Made by a program: the position numbers and the translations under genes
Assembly: GCA_963743635.1 (NCBI GenBank)
Contig: CAVUQO010000003.1
Coordinates: 352,001 to 416,000, forward strand
Source of the DNA: Candidatus Babeliales bacterium
GTDB lineage: Bacteria; Babelota; Babeliae; Babelales; Vermiphilaceae
Reading direction: 5' to 3'
Length of the DNA stretch: 64,000 bases
Shown: piece after piece, positions 29,334 to 39,673 of the stretch
How the letters are laid out: each line of letters opens with the position of its first letter
Numbering within the stretch: the stretch's first letter is position 1
The notes under the pieces: model-generated
The model's input: the letters and a program-made list of their open reading frames with translations, nothing else
Told to the model about the DNA's origin: nothing
Databases searched by the model: none

Positions 29334-30089
29334 TTACTCTTTTACGTCAGAAGGTACGGTATTTTTATTGTTGAAGAAAGAAGGCATATCTTTTTTTGTC
29401 GTGAAAGAAGGCATGCTTTTTGCGGTTGGAACAGGCTTTGCAGTCTTAGCTACCGGCTGAACTGTTTTAGTGTTATTCTCAACAACCTCATCCTTTTCGT
29501 CATCTTCATCACATTCTTCATCTTGTTCATCCGCGTTGTCAGATTTTTTCTCAGATTTTGGAGCTTGAGATTCTTTTTTTTCATCATCATCATCATCTTC
29601 TTCTTCTTTAGGCGCCTCATTGGCTGAAATAACCTTTGCGCCTTCGAGCTGTATTTTTTCTGGTGATTTCCAGTCAAACGTAACGGCATAGGTTTCTCCT
29701 GGCGTTACTGTTTGCGTTGAGACTTTTTCACCCTCATGCCCTGCAATAAATTTATATTTGCAGCGTGTGGTTACCGTATTGGAACCATCAATTTTAACGA
29801 CGATCGGTTCATCATTATTGATTTCGATTTCCTCATCATTGACCGTCAAAGAAACTGACGTTGGAGAATAACTCAATAAGCCATATTTGTAAGAAAGATC
29901 TTTTGATGAAATATCAGGTTCGAGCGTTATGGTAAGATCTTGAGTTTTGGGCTCTTTTTGAGTGGTATTTATGGTCAGTGTATTCTTTTCAGCCACAACC
30001 GGATAATTTGTTTTATTGTGTTTCATTGCAAGCGTAATAGTTCCTGCGATCAAGCAGGTTGCGATAATTTGTACATAACGATGATTCAT
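29334..30089 (-). CDS. Hypothetical exported protein with acidic low-complexity tail
   Basis: N-terminal hydrophobic segment (ITLA|MK), beta-rich core, poly-D/E tail. Confidence 0.7.
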   Translation of the reverse strand: MNHRYVQIIATCLIAGTITLAMKHNKTNYPVVAEKNTLTINTTQKEPKTQDLTITLEPDISSKDLSYKYGLLSYSPTSVSLTVNDEEIEINNDEPIVVKIDGSNTVTTRCKYKFIAGHEGEKVSTQTVTPGETYAVTFDWKSPEKIQLEGAKVISANEAPKEEEDDDDDEKKESQAPKSEKKSDNADEQDEECDEDDEKDEVVENNTKTVQPVAKTAKPVPTAKSMPSFTTKKDMPSFFNNKNTVPSDVKE

Positions 30090-30157
30090 TCAATTCCTTT
30101 CTTCGGCAGTTGCATTGTATCACCTTAGCAGTAGTGATGGGTAAAATAAAGTATCCG

Positions 30158-31978
30158 TTATATAGTGCGTCGAAGTCGTAGTTGATTGCTATGTATGCGA
30201 ATTCTAAAAATGAGCAATGAGATTGCGGCAGGTGTCATGCCCGGAATGAGTAATCCCTGCGCAATTGTTTTTGGCTTATGTTTGATTAATTTTTGTTGCA
30301 ATTCCTTTGATAATCCCGGCAATGATTTAAAATCAAAATCATCAGGAATCACGAGGTCTTGATATTGCTTTGATTTTGCAACTTCTTTTTCTTCCCGCTC
30401 CAAATAAGGTGCATAGCGGATTTCAGCATAAATGGTGAGAAGTGCGCGTTCAGATGCATGTGCAGGTACATGTTGTTTCAGGGCTTCTATATCACATTCG
30501 AGCTCACCAACGAGTTTCAAAAGTTGTGCGTGCGTATATTTTGCACGCAAATCAGCGAGTGCGGCGTGAATGAGATCTCGTTCAGCACAAAAATCTTGAT
30601 AGAGGGTTTCATCAATTAAACCGAGATTGTAGCCATAATCGGTTAGGCGTAAGAATGTGTTGTCTTGACGCAAGATCAAACGGCGTTCAGCGCGTGAAGT
30701 GAACATGCGATACGGTTCATCGACGCCGAGCGTCACCAAATCATCGATCATAACGCCGATATAGCTTTCGGTGCGATCAAGAATGAAGGGTGGTAGTTTT
30801 GCCGCTTTTAAATGAGCATTGATGCCCGCAAGCATTCCTTGTCCCGCCGCTTCTTCATACCCAGTAGTACCATTAATTTGGCCGGCTAAAAAGAGGCCTT
30901 CTACATTCTTTACTTCCAAGGTGTGCGATAACTGATCAGGCCATACCATGTCATATTCAATCGCATATCCGGCTTTGGTGATAACCGCGTTTTCAAATCC
31001 CGCAATGGTCTGAATGTACTCTTTTTGTACTTCATACGGCATTGAAGTTGAAATACCGTTCGGATAAATTTCATTATCGCATGCACCTTCAGGCTCAACA
31101 AAAATGTGATGGGAAGCCTTATCAGGAAAGCGAGAAATTTTATCTTCGATAGATGGGCAGTAGCGTGGTGCAGTTCCGGTGATGTTGCCTGAATAGAGTG
31201 GCGATTTATCTAAATTTCTTTTAATAACGTCGAGCGTATTTTGATTGGTATGCGTGATGTAGCATGCGCGGGTGTTTTCTACCTTGTGCGGATAAAACTC
31301 GAAAAGATAGTTTAAAACGTCTGGTTTCTGATATTCCATACGCGAGAAATCAAGACTTTCTCGGAGTAATCGAGGTGGTGTTCCGGTTTTAAGACGGCCC
31401 ATACGCAAGCCCATGCGCTTTAAACACGGCGTCATGCCATCTGGCGCAGCTTTTTCATCGCGGCGTCCACCAGAATAGTTTTCAAGGCCTACGTGAATGC
31501 GTCCGCCCAGGAAGGTTCCCGTCGTTAAAATAACGGTTGGCGCAGTATAGATCGCTTCGGTGCTTGTTTTGATGCCAGTAACTTTATTGTTTTCAGTGAG
31601 CACCTCATCAGCGCCTGCTTCGATCAGAGTCAGGTTAGGCAAGGATTTGAGTGTTTCCCTGGCTAAAGCATTATAGGCAAACTTATCGATTTGCAGACGC
31701 AAGCCTTGCACTGCTGGTCCCTTGCGGGTATTGAGCATGCGTACTTGCAGGTATGTTTTAGTGCAGAGTTTGGGCATCAGGCCACCAAGGGCACTAATTT
31801 CATAGACAATATGCCCTTTACCAACCCCACCAACGGCAGGATTGCAGGGCATTAAGCCAATTTTTTCAATACTGAGGGTAATAAGTGCGGTGCGAGAGCC
31901 CATACGAGCAGCTGCGTGAGCCGCTTCGATACCGGCGTGTCCACCACCGACAACAATGACGTCAAAATCGTAATTCAT
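30158..31978 (-). CDS. mnmG: tRNA U34 carboxymethylaminomethyl modification enzyme
   Basis: VVGGGHAGIEAA, MPCNPAVGG, RLKTGTPPR, PRYCPSIEDK, GQINGTTGYEEAA. Confidence 0.97.
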   Translation of the reverse strand: MNYDFDVIVVGGGHAGIEAAHAAARMGSRTALITLSIEKIGLMPCNPAVGGVGKGHIVYEISALGGLMPKLCTKTYLQVRMLNTRKGPAVQGLRLQIDKFAYNALARETLKSLPNLTLIEAGADEVLTENNKVTGIKTSTEAIYTAPTVILTTGTFLGGRIHVGLENYSGGRRDEKAAPDGMTPCLKRMGLRMGRLKTGTPPRLLRESLDFSRMEYQKPDVLNYLFEFYPHKVENTRACYITHTNQNTLDVIKRNLDKSPLYSGNITGTAPRYCPSIEDKISRFPDKASHHIFVEPEGACDNEIYPNGISTSMPYEVQKEYIQTIAGFENAVITKAGYAIEYDMVWPDQLSHTLEVKNVEGLFLAGQINGTTGYEEAAGQGMLAGINAHLKAAKLPPFILDRTESYIGVMIDDLVTLGVDEPYRMFTSRAERRLILRQDNTFLRLTDYGYNLGLIDETLYQDFCAERDLIHAALADLRAKYTHAQLLKLVGELECDIEALKQHVPAHASERALLTIYAEIRYAPYLEREEKEVAKSKQYQDLVIPDDFDFKSLPGLSKELQQKLIKHKPKTIAQGLLIPGMTPAAISLLIFRIRIHSNQLRLRRTI

Positions 31979-32090
31979 AAAGCTTTTAAAGTAATCTAGT
32001 CCCTAGAGAAATATCTAAGGACTAGTGTACGTTACATTGAAAATTGTGGCAAGAAAACCTGGTGTATTAAGAGAAAACCTCCATTTCCCC

Positions 32091-32609
32091 TTACGCCATA
32101 TTTATTCTTCCGTGGAAGTGATTCAAGAGAGAGAGCGAGCCATATTTAGCTTCAATCTTCTTCTCTACGTCCTTTTTCATATGAGGCAGTGCTTTATGTA
32201 GGTGATCAAAGTAGGATTTTACTGATATACCAAAAGCAATACAGTCCACAGTGCCAAACGTTTTATGCTCGACAGCTACTTTTTTACGGGCTTCTATGGC
32301 CTTGTTTTTGATGTGTGTTAAATTCTCATAAATTGCGACAAGTTTTTTGTCATTTTTATTCGCTGCTGCTAAAGCTTTAATTTCGGCAATCAGCGCATCG
32401 AAGTGCGCAATATGATCATTCCAACTGCGTTTTCCCAGTTTGTTTTCATGATCATTCAATTTATTGTGATAATCAAAGAAATGAGCAAATACGGTACATA
32501 CCTTTTCATTGACACTTTTCATATCTGGTGCTGCATTGGCAATGCTTCCACTGAGCATGAATGCCAGTAAGAATGCGATTGCTTTTGATTGCATATTGAT
32601 GTTTTTCAT
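32091..32609 (-). CDS. Exported helical hypothetical protein
   Basis: Leader ...SIANA|AP. Confidence 0.7.
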   Translation of the reverse strand: MKNINMQSKAIAFLLAFMLSGSIANAAPDMKSVNEKVCTVFAHFFDYHNKLNDHENKLGKRSWNDHIAHFDALIAEIKALAAANKNDKKLVAIYENLTHIKNKAIEARKKVAVEHKTFGTVDCIAFGISVKSYFDHLHKALPHMKKDVEKKIEAKYGSLSLLNHFHGRINMA

Positions 32610-32795
32610 AGGAAAATACCTCTGTTTAGCTGTTTATATGTGTTGGACCTAATATTCACTTTGCTAATTACCAGTATAAAGGGTCTGAAGTAAACCGCAA
32701 AAGCCCCCCCTTTTGATTGATTAAATGGGCTTATCCGCTATTATTGGGGTAATATCCAAATTAGGGAATTATGGCGTTATTGAAAGGTTTTTCCT

Positions 32796-33860
32796 ATGTT
32801 ATATCACTTGTCTCAACTCTTGCAGAACCAGTTCACGGTGCTGAACGTGGTACATTATGTCAGTTTTCGTGCATCGGCAGCACTGTTAAGCTCTTTATTC
32901 TTCTCATTATGCTGGGGGGATAGGTTCATTGAACACTCGCAGCGCCTTTTTAGATCAAAATCACGGGAATGGACCCCTGAGGGGCATCGCGCCAAAGACG
33001 ATATGCCGACCATGGGCGGACTTTTTATCATCTTTATCGTCCTGATAAATAGCTTGTTATGGTGCAATCTTGCACAGGTTCAGGTGTGGCTGTTCCTGCT
33101 CTGCCTCATTGGGTTTGGGGCCATAGGTTGTTGGGATGATTGGAGTAAGATTAGTACCCGCCAGGGCATTTCGGCGCGCACAAAATTCATATGCCAATGG
33201 AGCGTGGCGGCGATAATAGCTTTGGGGCTCGTTCTGATCAACGGAACTGATACTTCCCTTATCTTTCCCTTCTTTAAAAGTTTTCAGCCCAATATAGGCT
33301 GGTTTTATATCCCCTGGGCGATGTTTGTACTGGTGGCGATCAGCAATGCGGTAAACTTGACCGACGGCCTTGATGGCCTTGCTATTGGGTCATTGATCCC
33401 CAATTTCGCTACGTTCGCCATGATTTGTTATCTTGCGGGCCACTGCCTCTTTGCCGAATATCTGCATATACCGTTTGCCGATAGCGCAGAATTGGCAGTA
33501 TTGGGCGGCATTTTGGTAGGCGCCTCATTGGGCTTTTTATGGTATAACACCTATCCGGCCCAAATCTTTATGGGGGATGTTGGTTCACTCGCGCTGGGCG
33601 CAGTTCTCGGATTTATGGCCCTTGCTTCAAAGCAAGAGCTTCTTTTGGTGATCGCGGGTGGATTGTTTGTAGTAGAAACCGTTTCGGTAATGCTCCAGGT
33701 TTTCTCATTTCGCTATCTGGGAAAACGCATCTTTAAGATGGCGCCCATTCATCACCATTTCGAACTCCTTGGCTGGCCTGAATCTAAGATCACCGCACGG
33801 TTTGGCATCATTTCATTTGTGCTCTGTTTGCTCACATTGATGACGCTCAAGCTGCGCTAA
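32796..33860 (+). CDS. mraY: Phospho-N-acetylmuramoyl-pentapeptide transferase
   Basis: PTMGG, NAVNLTDGLDGL, IFMGDVGS, MAPIHHHFEL. Confidence 0.97.
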   Translation: MLYHLSQLLQNQFTVLNVVHYVSFRASAALLSSLFFSLCWGDRFIEHSQRLFRSKSREWTPEGHRAKDDMPTMGGLFIIFIVLINSLLWCNLAQVQVWLFLLCLIGFGAIGCWDDWSKISTRQGISARTKFICQWSVAAIIALGLVLINGTDTSLIFPFFKSFQPNIGWFYIPWAMFVLVAISNAVNLTDGLDGLAIGSLIPNFATFAMICYLAGHCLFAEYLHIPFADSAELAVLGGILVGASLGFLWYNTYPAQIFMGDVGSLALGAVLGFMALASKQELLLVIAGGLFVVETVSVMLQVFSFRYLGKRIFKMAPIHHHFELLGWPESKITARFGIISFVLCLLTLMTLKLR

Positions 33861-33861
33861 C

Positions 33862-34482
33862 TTACTCCTGGGCCTTTTTATAGCTGCGAATGAAATGCAT
33901 GATGCCATTAAATTGGAATTTCTTGAGTTCAGCAAGATCAGTAATGCCATTGCGGTTAAGGATGTACTGATAAGTCTCATTCTTCACGCCCATGAGCTTC
34001 ATGGACTCTTGCAGTTGGGTTATCTGTTCAGAATCAATGAATTCTCTGTCTCTTTTTTCTATATACTTGCGCTCAGCTTCGCCATCATCGTCTTCTGTTT
34101 CGAGTGCACAGAGTGATAAGACTGCGTATCTACGCATATAAGTATTGGTGCTGCCTATCGCCTGATTGCCCGGTTTTTCGCTTTTTAATGGTCTGGTATC
34201 TTGCACAAATTGACCAGATGGCGCGTGAATCAAGCGCGTATGCAATACCGATTCGGCATCAGCTAATCGTTCTGCAAAATGCCAAATAAATATGTTGTTC
34301 TGGTGTAGCGCTTCTTCTACCGCCTCGTAGACGGCAACTAAGTTTGCATACTTATGCAAATTACTTTTGGAGTTTTTCTTAGCTCCTCTCATGCGCATTT
34401 TAGCTTGCAAAAAAGCTTGCGTGAGTTGTCTGATATCATCAGACATGAGATGAGTTTTATTCGATTGGTGTTCTTGTTCCAT
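33862..34482 (-). CDS. ERF-family single-strand annealing protein
   Basis: KYANL..VYEAV, TRLIHAPSGQ, QAIGSTNTYMRRYAV, EDDDG. Confidence 0.88.
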   Translation of the reverse strand: MEQEHQSNKTHLMSDDIRQLTQAFLQAKMRMRGAKKNSKSNLHKYANLVAVYEAVEEALHQNNIFIWHFAERLADAESVLHTRLIHAPSGQFVQDTRPLKSEKPGNQAIGSTNTYMRRYAVLSLCALETEDDDGEAERKYIEKRDREFIDSEQITQLQESMKLMGVKNETYQYILNRNGITDLAELKKFQFNGIMHFIRSYKKAQE

Positions 34483-34635
34483 AGTGTCCCCCTTACATTG
34501 CTTATTGATGAGTATAATTTTCTTTCATTCCTCTTGCCTCTTCTTGCGCTTGAGCAAGCAATCGAGCATGTGTGGCTCGGATTGCATTGAGTACTATTGG
34601 AGGAATAAAGATTACAGAAAGCTCTGAAGTATGAT

Positions 34636-34872
34636 TTATTTCTTTTGTGGGTGACGTAGTACTTGTCGTCGCGCATAGATGACTACAGCATTTGTACCCT
34701 GATAATTGGGGTCATTAATAATTAGGCGCGGATCAAGTGGTGGAGGGGTACCTGGCCGGTTGGTTTGTTGGCTTGAGCTGTTCGATGCCTGGCGGTTATC
34801 ATCTCCTGCTATTGCAGAGGTTGTACTTGCGAATAAAATGAGTGTTACAAAAAGTGTCTTAAAAGAGTTCAT
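34636..34872 (-). CDS. Small exported protein
   Basis: Start reassigned to MNSFKTLF (GGGATA upstream); leader SAIA|G; PGTPPP. Confidence 0.6.
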   Translation of the reverse strand: MNSFKTLFVTLILFASTTSAIAGDDNRQASNSSSQQTNRPGTPPPLDPRLIINDPNYQGTNAVVIYARRQVLRHPQKK

Positions 34873-34906
34873 ACAATATCCCTTGATTGTAAGAGTGTTT
34901 AAAATT

Positions 34907-35002
34907 CTATTCATGATTTTGATTGGTAGGTTCATTGGCAATCATAGATGCCGAATAGCAGAATATGAGAAGACTCGCTATGAATGGTTTAAAAGAGTTC
35001 AT
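34907..35002 (-). pseudogene. Signal-peptide-only stub, paralog of the downstream leader
   Basis: MNSFKPFIASLLIFCYSASMIANEPTNQNHE*; shares ATGAACTCTTTTAA with the 34872 start. Confidence 0.5.
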
Positions 35003-35032
35003 TGGTATCCTTTATGCATGTTGTTTTATTGA

Positions 35033-36334
35033 TTATGCAGTTTTTCTCTTTTGAGTCATCAGATACATGACGGTGCCAAATATCAGAATCACGATAAACA
35101 CGTAGAGTGTTTCCAGGCCGTTGGCCATGAAGTTGTTGATGCAACTGGCAAGAAGGAGTAAGCAGTTACACACTGCAAGCCATGCAATTACTGATAATGT
35201 TTTTGATGCAGGTTTGCGCCAGAATGCGGCAACGAGTGCCATTGCACTCAGTGTGTATGTAATGGTGCTGCCAAATGCGCTCAATTGGCGCAATGGTATT
35301 GCTTCACCGCGTGTAATGGCAAGATAGAGAAAGGTGAGAAAACCTTCTGTAAGTATGCACATATACGGAATTGCATGTTTATTAAGTTTGGTGAATACCG
35401 CAGGAAGATATACGTGTTTATATTCTGCCAACGTGTGCAAGTTCCAGCTATTGGAAAAATAAATGCCATATGCTCCTCCGAGAGCTGATATTGCGATACC
35501 CATTTGCATGAGGCCGAGCAGTTTCATGCGGAATGCAGCGCTGAGTGGAATAATTTTATCGATGAAAAGGCCAAATACAGAATTGTATGGCGCGCCTGCA
35601 AGTTGTTGACCCAAAATTGCGTAGAAAAAAAATTGATAGAGTACTGATAGGGTAATTACAATCCCGAATGAAATGAGTACGGCGCGTGGTGCATTTTTTT
35701 CTGGATTTTCGATGCGGTTGCTCAGTGAGCATGCGGCTTCAAATCCCAAAATGGCATACAGTACGAGCGGTATAGTGCTATAGAATTCTTGCGCAGTATG
35801 CGGAACTAAGGTGAATGCATCGATATTGAAAAAGAATATGCCGCAGATGATCACAAAAAAGACGGGCAACATTTTAAAAACGATGAATGTTTTTTGAATG
35901 GCACTTCCTGTTTTCATGTTAAGCATATTGCACAGCAGGAAGAAGGTGATGATACCAATGTCAAAGGCAAAAGGAGATATGTGTGCGATGGCAGGTACTA
36001 ATTTTTGAATGAAAAGTACTGAAGCATGAATCATGATAGTGCATGAGGCCAGTTTACTCGTAAAATAGCTCCAAGTACTGATAAAACCGATAAAGGGATG
36101 CAATTCTGATGCCCCAAAACCATAAAACCCGGTAGTCGGATGACGGCGCAGGAGTTCAGCTATGGTCAGAATGAGGGGAAACATAAGAATGCCAATCAAT
36201 GCATAGGCAAGAAAGCCCAACCAGCCAGCGCGCTGCGCAAGGTCTGGGGTATTGATGAATATGCCTGCGCCCAACATAATATTGATGTTGATTAAGATGG
36301 CGGCAGGCAGAGATAATTTTTGGGTTTGAAGCAT
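35033..36334 (-). CDS. APC-family amino acid permease
   Basis: IMLGAGIF, YAILGFEAA, NPEKNAPRA; ~12 TM segments. Confidence 0.9.
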   Translation of the reverse strand: MLQTQKLSLPAAILININIMLGAGIFINTPDLAQRAGWLGFLAYALIGILMFPLILTIAELLRRHPTTGFYGFGASELHPFIGFISTWSYFTSKLASCTIMIHASVLFIQKLVPAIAHISPFAFDIGIITFFLLCNMLNMKTGSAIQKTFIVFKMLPVFFVIICGIFFFNIDAFTLVPHTAQEFYSTIPLVLYAILGFEAACSLSNRIENPEKNAPRAVLISFGIVITLSVLYQFFFYAILGQQLAGAPYNSVFGLFIDKIIPLSAAFRMKLLGLMQMGIAISALGGAYGIYFSNSWNLHTLAEYKHVYLPAVFTKLNKHAIPYMCILTEGFLTFLYLAITRGEAIPLRQLSAFGSTITYTLSAMALVAAFWRKPASKTLSVIAWLAVCNCLLLLASCINNFMANGLETLYVFIVILIFGTVMYLMTQKRKTA

Positions 36335-36427
36335 GTAATAACTTTGTATTAAAGAATTGTTCATATAATATGTGTGGATAGCTACTAACTACAATATCAA
36401 GAGTTAGGCATATTGGAAAGGGTAAAC

Positions 36428-37540
36428 ATGAAAATACAATCTATAATTATAGTATTTATGCTTTACTGGGCTGGGTTGTGCAGGGGTGAGGTATTCATCC
36501 ATGAACATGACAATACGATGGTTATTGAATCGATTTATGGTCGGGATGAGATTGACGAGCCAGTGTTGATTGCCCTTATTAAATGCCCCATGATGCAGCG
36601 CCTTAAAAAACTACGTCAATATGGGATTACCCACTATGCCGGCAAGACTCCCGAGTATAACCGTTTTGAACATTCGGTTGGGGTTATGCTCTTAACCCGC
36701 CGGTTTGGGGCATCCGTAGGGGAGCAAATCGCAGCTTTGCTTCATGATGTTTCTCATACCGCATTTTCGCACGTAGCTGATTATCTCTTCAAGGGTGGCG
36801 ATGGCAACACTTCATATCAAGATGACGTGCATGAATGGTTTATCGCTAAAACCGGTATAGATCTCATATTAGCGGAGTATGGCTATCAAGGAGTTTGCTC
36901 CAATCAAAACAAGCATGCATTTTGCATATTAGAGCAAGATTTGCCCGACTTATGCGCTGATCGCATAGAATATAATCTCAAGGGAGGCTATATCGAGGAC
37001 TTACTCACTGAAGCTGACGTTGCAGTGGTATTGCGCGATTTGCGCTTTGAAGATGGGCGATGGTTCTTTGTAAGCGAAGAATCGGCACTGTTACTTGCAA
37101 ACGTATCATTGAGCCTGACCGAGCATATCTTTGGTACTCGTAGAAATTTCTTTACCTACCGCCAGGCAGCCAAAGCATTAAGGCGTGCATTAGACATTGG
37201 TCTTTTAACGGTCGATGATATTTGTTTTTCTCATGATGATGAAGTCTGGGCACGCTTATGCGCAAGTAATGATGCTATTATTCACTGTGCGATTGAATGC
37301 GTTACCCATTGGAATGATCATTGCATTGAAGGCACGCCAGAATCGCACGATATAAAGGTGGTTGGTAAATTTCGTGGCGTGAATCCCTGGATTAAAACAG
37401 AGCATGGGTTTGAACGATTAACGGCAATTAATCCTTTGTACAAGCAAGAATATGAACGCGTAAAGCAGTTCATAGCCTCCGGCTGTTACATAAAATATGT
37501 CAGTTCTGAATGGCTGCAGTTATTGCGTTCACATGCTTGA
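36428..37540 (+). CDS. HD-domain phosphohydrolase (SAMHD1/YdhJ-like) with signal-like leader
   Basis: MQRLKKLRQYG, NRFEHSVGV, ALLHDVSHTAFSH, LCADRIEY. Confidence 0.88.
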   Translation: MKIQSIIIVFMLYWAGLCRGEVFIHEHDNTMVIESIYGRDEIDEPVLIALIKCPMMQRLKKLRQYGITHYAGKTPEYNRFEHSVGVMLLTRRFGASVGEQIAALLHDVSHTAFSHVADYLFKGGDGNTSYQDDVHEWFIAKTGIDLILAEYGYQGVCSNQNKHAFCILEQDLPDLCADRIEYNLKGGYIEDLLTEADVAVVLRDLRFEDGRWFFVSEESALLLANVSLSLTEHIFGTRRNFFTYRQAAKALRRALDIGLLTVDDICFSHDDEVWARLCASNDAIIHCAIECVTHWNDHCIEGTPESHDIKVVGKFRGVNPWIKTEHGFERLTAINPLYKQEYERVKQFIASGCYIKYVSSEWLQLLRSHA

Positions 37541-37557
37541 TGCAATAAGCGCTTATC

Positions 37558-37782
37558 CCAAAATTAATTTTTAACGTGAAAGCAGAAATTTTTATCCCCG
37601 TTCGCCCTGAGGGTTTTTAGTTGAGTGTAACGAAACTAAAAATGTCTCGAATGGGTAACGGAGTAAGATGGCATAGTCGTTTAATGTATTATATGCAAAG
37701 TTTATGTATCCCCGTACCCATTCGATACGCTTCGCTACTCAGGGCGAACGGGGAATAAATATCATTGAATTTATGAATTTTG
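37558..37782. repeat. Long nested palindrome (CCGTTCGCCCTGAG...CTCAGGGCGAACGG type)
   Basis: Perfect 16-bp IR 37596-37611/37738-37753; inner TCGAATGGGTA/TACCCATTCGA; outer CCAAAATT/AATTTTGG. Confidence 0.8.
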
Positions 37783-37796
37783 GAATGGATTGTAAA

Positions 37797-38546
37797 TCAC
37801 AGATCTTTAGACAAATATGCAGAATATAATGCAACCGAACCAGCAACAGCAGCATTTAAGCTTTCCGTTTTGCCTGGCATCGGGAGGGTGCATTGTTGAT
37901 CGCACGCGGCGATGATGTCCTCGGGTAGTCCCCGTGCTTCATTGCCAATAACCAAAACCGTTTGCTTGAAATCAAGTTCATTTGGCATTTTGCCATGTTT
38001 GACGACGAGTGCGCAGAGCGAACTTTTTTTCTTACATTTTTCTACAGTTGCCCAATCAGTGTGATAGATGCTGACGTTGCCAATGGTGCCAACGCTTGCG
38101 TGTACTACTTTCGGATTCCATGAATCGGCTGCATCAATGCAGATTACTTGTTTTAATCCAAGTGCAGCGACGGTTCTTATGAGCGTGCCCATATTGCCTG
38201 GGTCTGCAATGCCATGCAGGATAACGCTGCTTTTAAGACTCGCTAATGGTTTTGGCGTGGGAATTTCAAACACGCACAAGATGCCGCTCGGAGATTCTGC
38301 GGTGCTCATCTTTTCCATTACATCATCAGTTACGCCAACTATCTGCGCAGTAGTAATAAAGGATGAAACTTGTTTGACCATTGCATCTGTAACATAACAC
38401 GTTATAAGTGCGCAGGTTTTAACGAGTGTTTCGCACGTGCGTAATCCCTCTGCAATAAACATCTGGTGCTCCGTGCGGCCCTTGCGCGCATGTAAGCTTG
38501 TGATTTGTTTTACGATAGGATTAGTGCGAGACGTTATATATTTCAT
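37797..38546 (-). CDS. TrmH/SpoU-family RNA methyltransferase
   Basis: ADPGNMGTLIRT, VIGNEARGL, ESLNAAVA. Confidence 0.93.
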   Translation of the reverse strand: MKYITSRTNPIVKQITSLHARKGRTEHQMFIAEGLRTCETLVKTCALITCYVTDAMVKQVSSFITTAQIVGVTDDVMEKMSTAESPSGILCVFEIPTPKPLASLKSSVILHGIADPGNMGTLIRTVAALGLKQVICIDAADSWNPKVVHASVGTIGNVSIYHTDWATVEKCKKKSSLCALVVKHGKMPNELDFKQTVLVIGNEARGLPEDIIAACDQQCTLPMPGKTESLNAAVAGSVALYSAYLSKDL

Positions 38547-39673
38547 ACATCACCGTTTAGAATACGTTCACGATATTGGCACATCAACTGTACCATAAAA
38601 TGAAGATTATGAATGCTTGCAAGTGTATATGCAGTCATTTCGTTTGCTTTAAATAGATGATGAAGGTATGCGGCGGTGTAGTTTAAGCATGTAGAGCACG
38701 TGCAATTTTCATCTACGGGCCTGAAATGTTCTTGGTATTTGCCTTGTAATATTTTGACGTTACCCCGACTCGTAAAGAGCAGACCGTGCCGTGCGCAGCG
38801 CGTAGGATGAGAGCTATCAAAGGTATCGATGCCGAGCCTAATGCATGCATCAAGCGATGCTAAATCTGCAATGCCGAGCAAATGATTTGGCTTATCTTCG
38901 GGTAGTAGTGGCATCACTTGCGTGAGCATGGTGATCATTTCTTCACGCGTTTTGCCCATACTGCCCCCAATGGAATAACCATCGAATGGAAGCTTGGTGA
39001 GGTAATTGCAACTTTGTGTGCGCAGCGTCACATCAGTGCCTCCGTGTACGACGGCATACATTGCTTGATTATTCCGGTTTGATAAATGAGTATCGAGTGA
39101 GCGTTTTTCCCACCGATGGGTACGTTCTAATGAAGCAATTAATTTTCGTTTATCGACGTGATAGGGCGGCAGTTCATCAAGCGGAATAATAATATCAGCG
39201 CCTAAATCTTTTTGGGCTTGTACCGAACTTTCCGGGGTTAAGAGTATTTTATCCCCGTTGCGATAAGATCGGAATAAGACGCCGGCTTCAGTAATTTTGA
39301 GCACCGAACCATCATTCTTTTTCTGTCCCTTACTTTTAAGCTCATCAGCAACGCTGCCATAGGCAAGGCTAAATACTTGAAATCCGCCCGAATCCGTAAT
39401 AATTGGATTGGTCCGATTCATGAACTTATGGAGTCCACCCGCATGCTTTATTACGCTTGAGCCTGGCTGCAATATCAAATGATAGGTATTGCAAAACATC
39501 AGCTGAATGCCAAGAGCATTAACCGCAAGGCTATCAACTCCCTTCATGGTTGCATTCGTACCAACGGGTACAAAGCCGGGTGTATCAATGATGCCGTGTG
39601 GTGTATAAATACGGCCTACGCGCGCTCGAGAACGGGAAGATTGGTGAATGAGTTCAAATCGAAAAGTGCTCAT
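38543..39673 (-). CDS. tgt: tRNA-guanine transglycosylase (Chlamydia-like)
   Basis: TPGFVPVGT, TDSGGFQVFSL, HLLGI, CTCSTC zinc site, IHNL. Confidence 0.96.
   Translation of the reverse strand: MSTFRFELIHQSSRSRARVGRIYTPHGIIDTPGFVPVGTNATMKGVDSLAVNALGIQLMFCNTYHLILQPGSSVIKHAGGLHKFMNRTNPIITDSGGFQVFSLAYGSVADELKSKGQKKNDGSVLKITEAGVLFRSYRNGDKILLTPESSVQAQKDLGADIIIPLDELPPYHVDKRKLIASLERTHRWEKRSLDTHLSNRNNQAMYAVVHGGTDVTLRTQSCNYLTKLPFDGYSIGGSMGKTREEMITMLTQVMPLLPEDKPNHLLGIADLASLDACIRLGIDTFDSSHPTRCARHGLLFTSRGNVKILQGKYQEHFRPVDENCTCSTCLNYTAAYLHHLFKANEMTAYTLASIHNLHFMVQLMCQYRERILNGDV

Noticed and set aside
29575..29610. (TCA)n/(TCT)n triplet runs here and at 18685-18706 and 63825-63855
   Set aside because: They encode poly-Asp/Glu/Ser low-complexity linkers; no sign of phase variation.
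33862..35002. Prophage
   Set aside because: Only ERF is phage-like; no integrase, terminase or structural genes.
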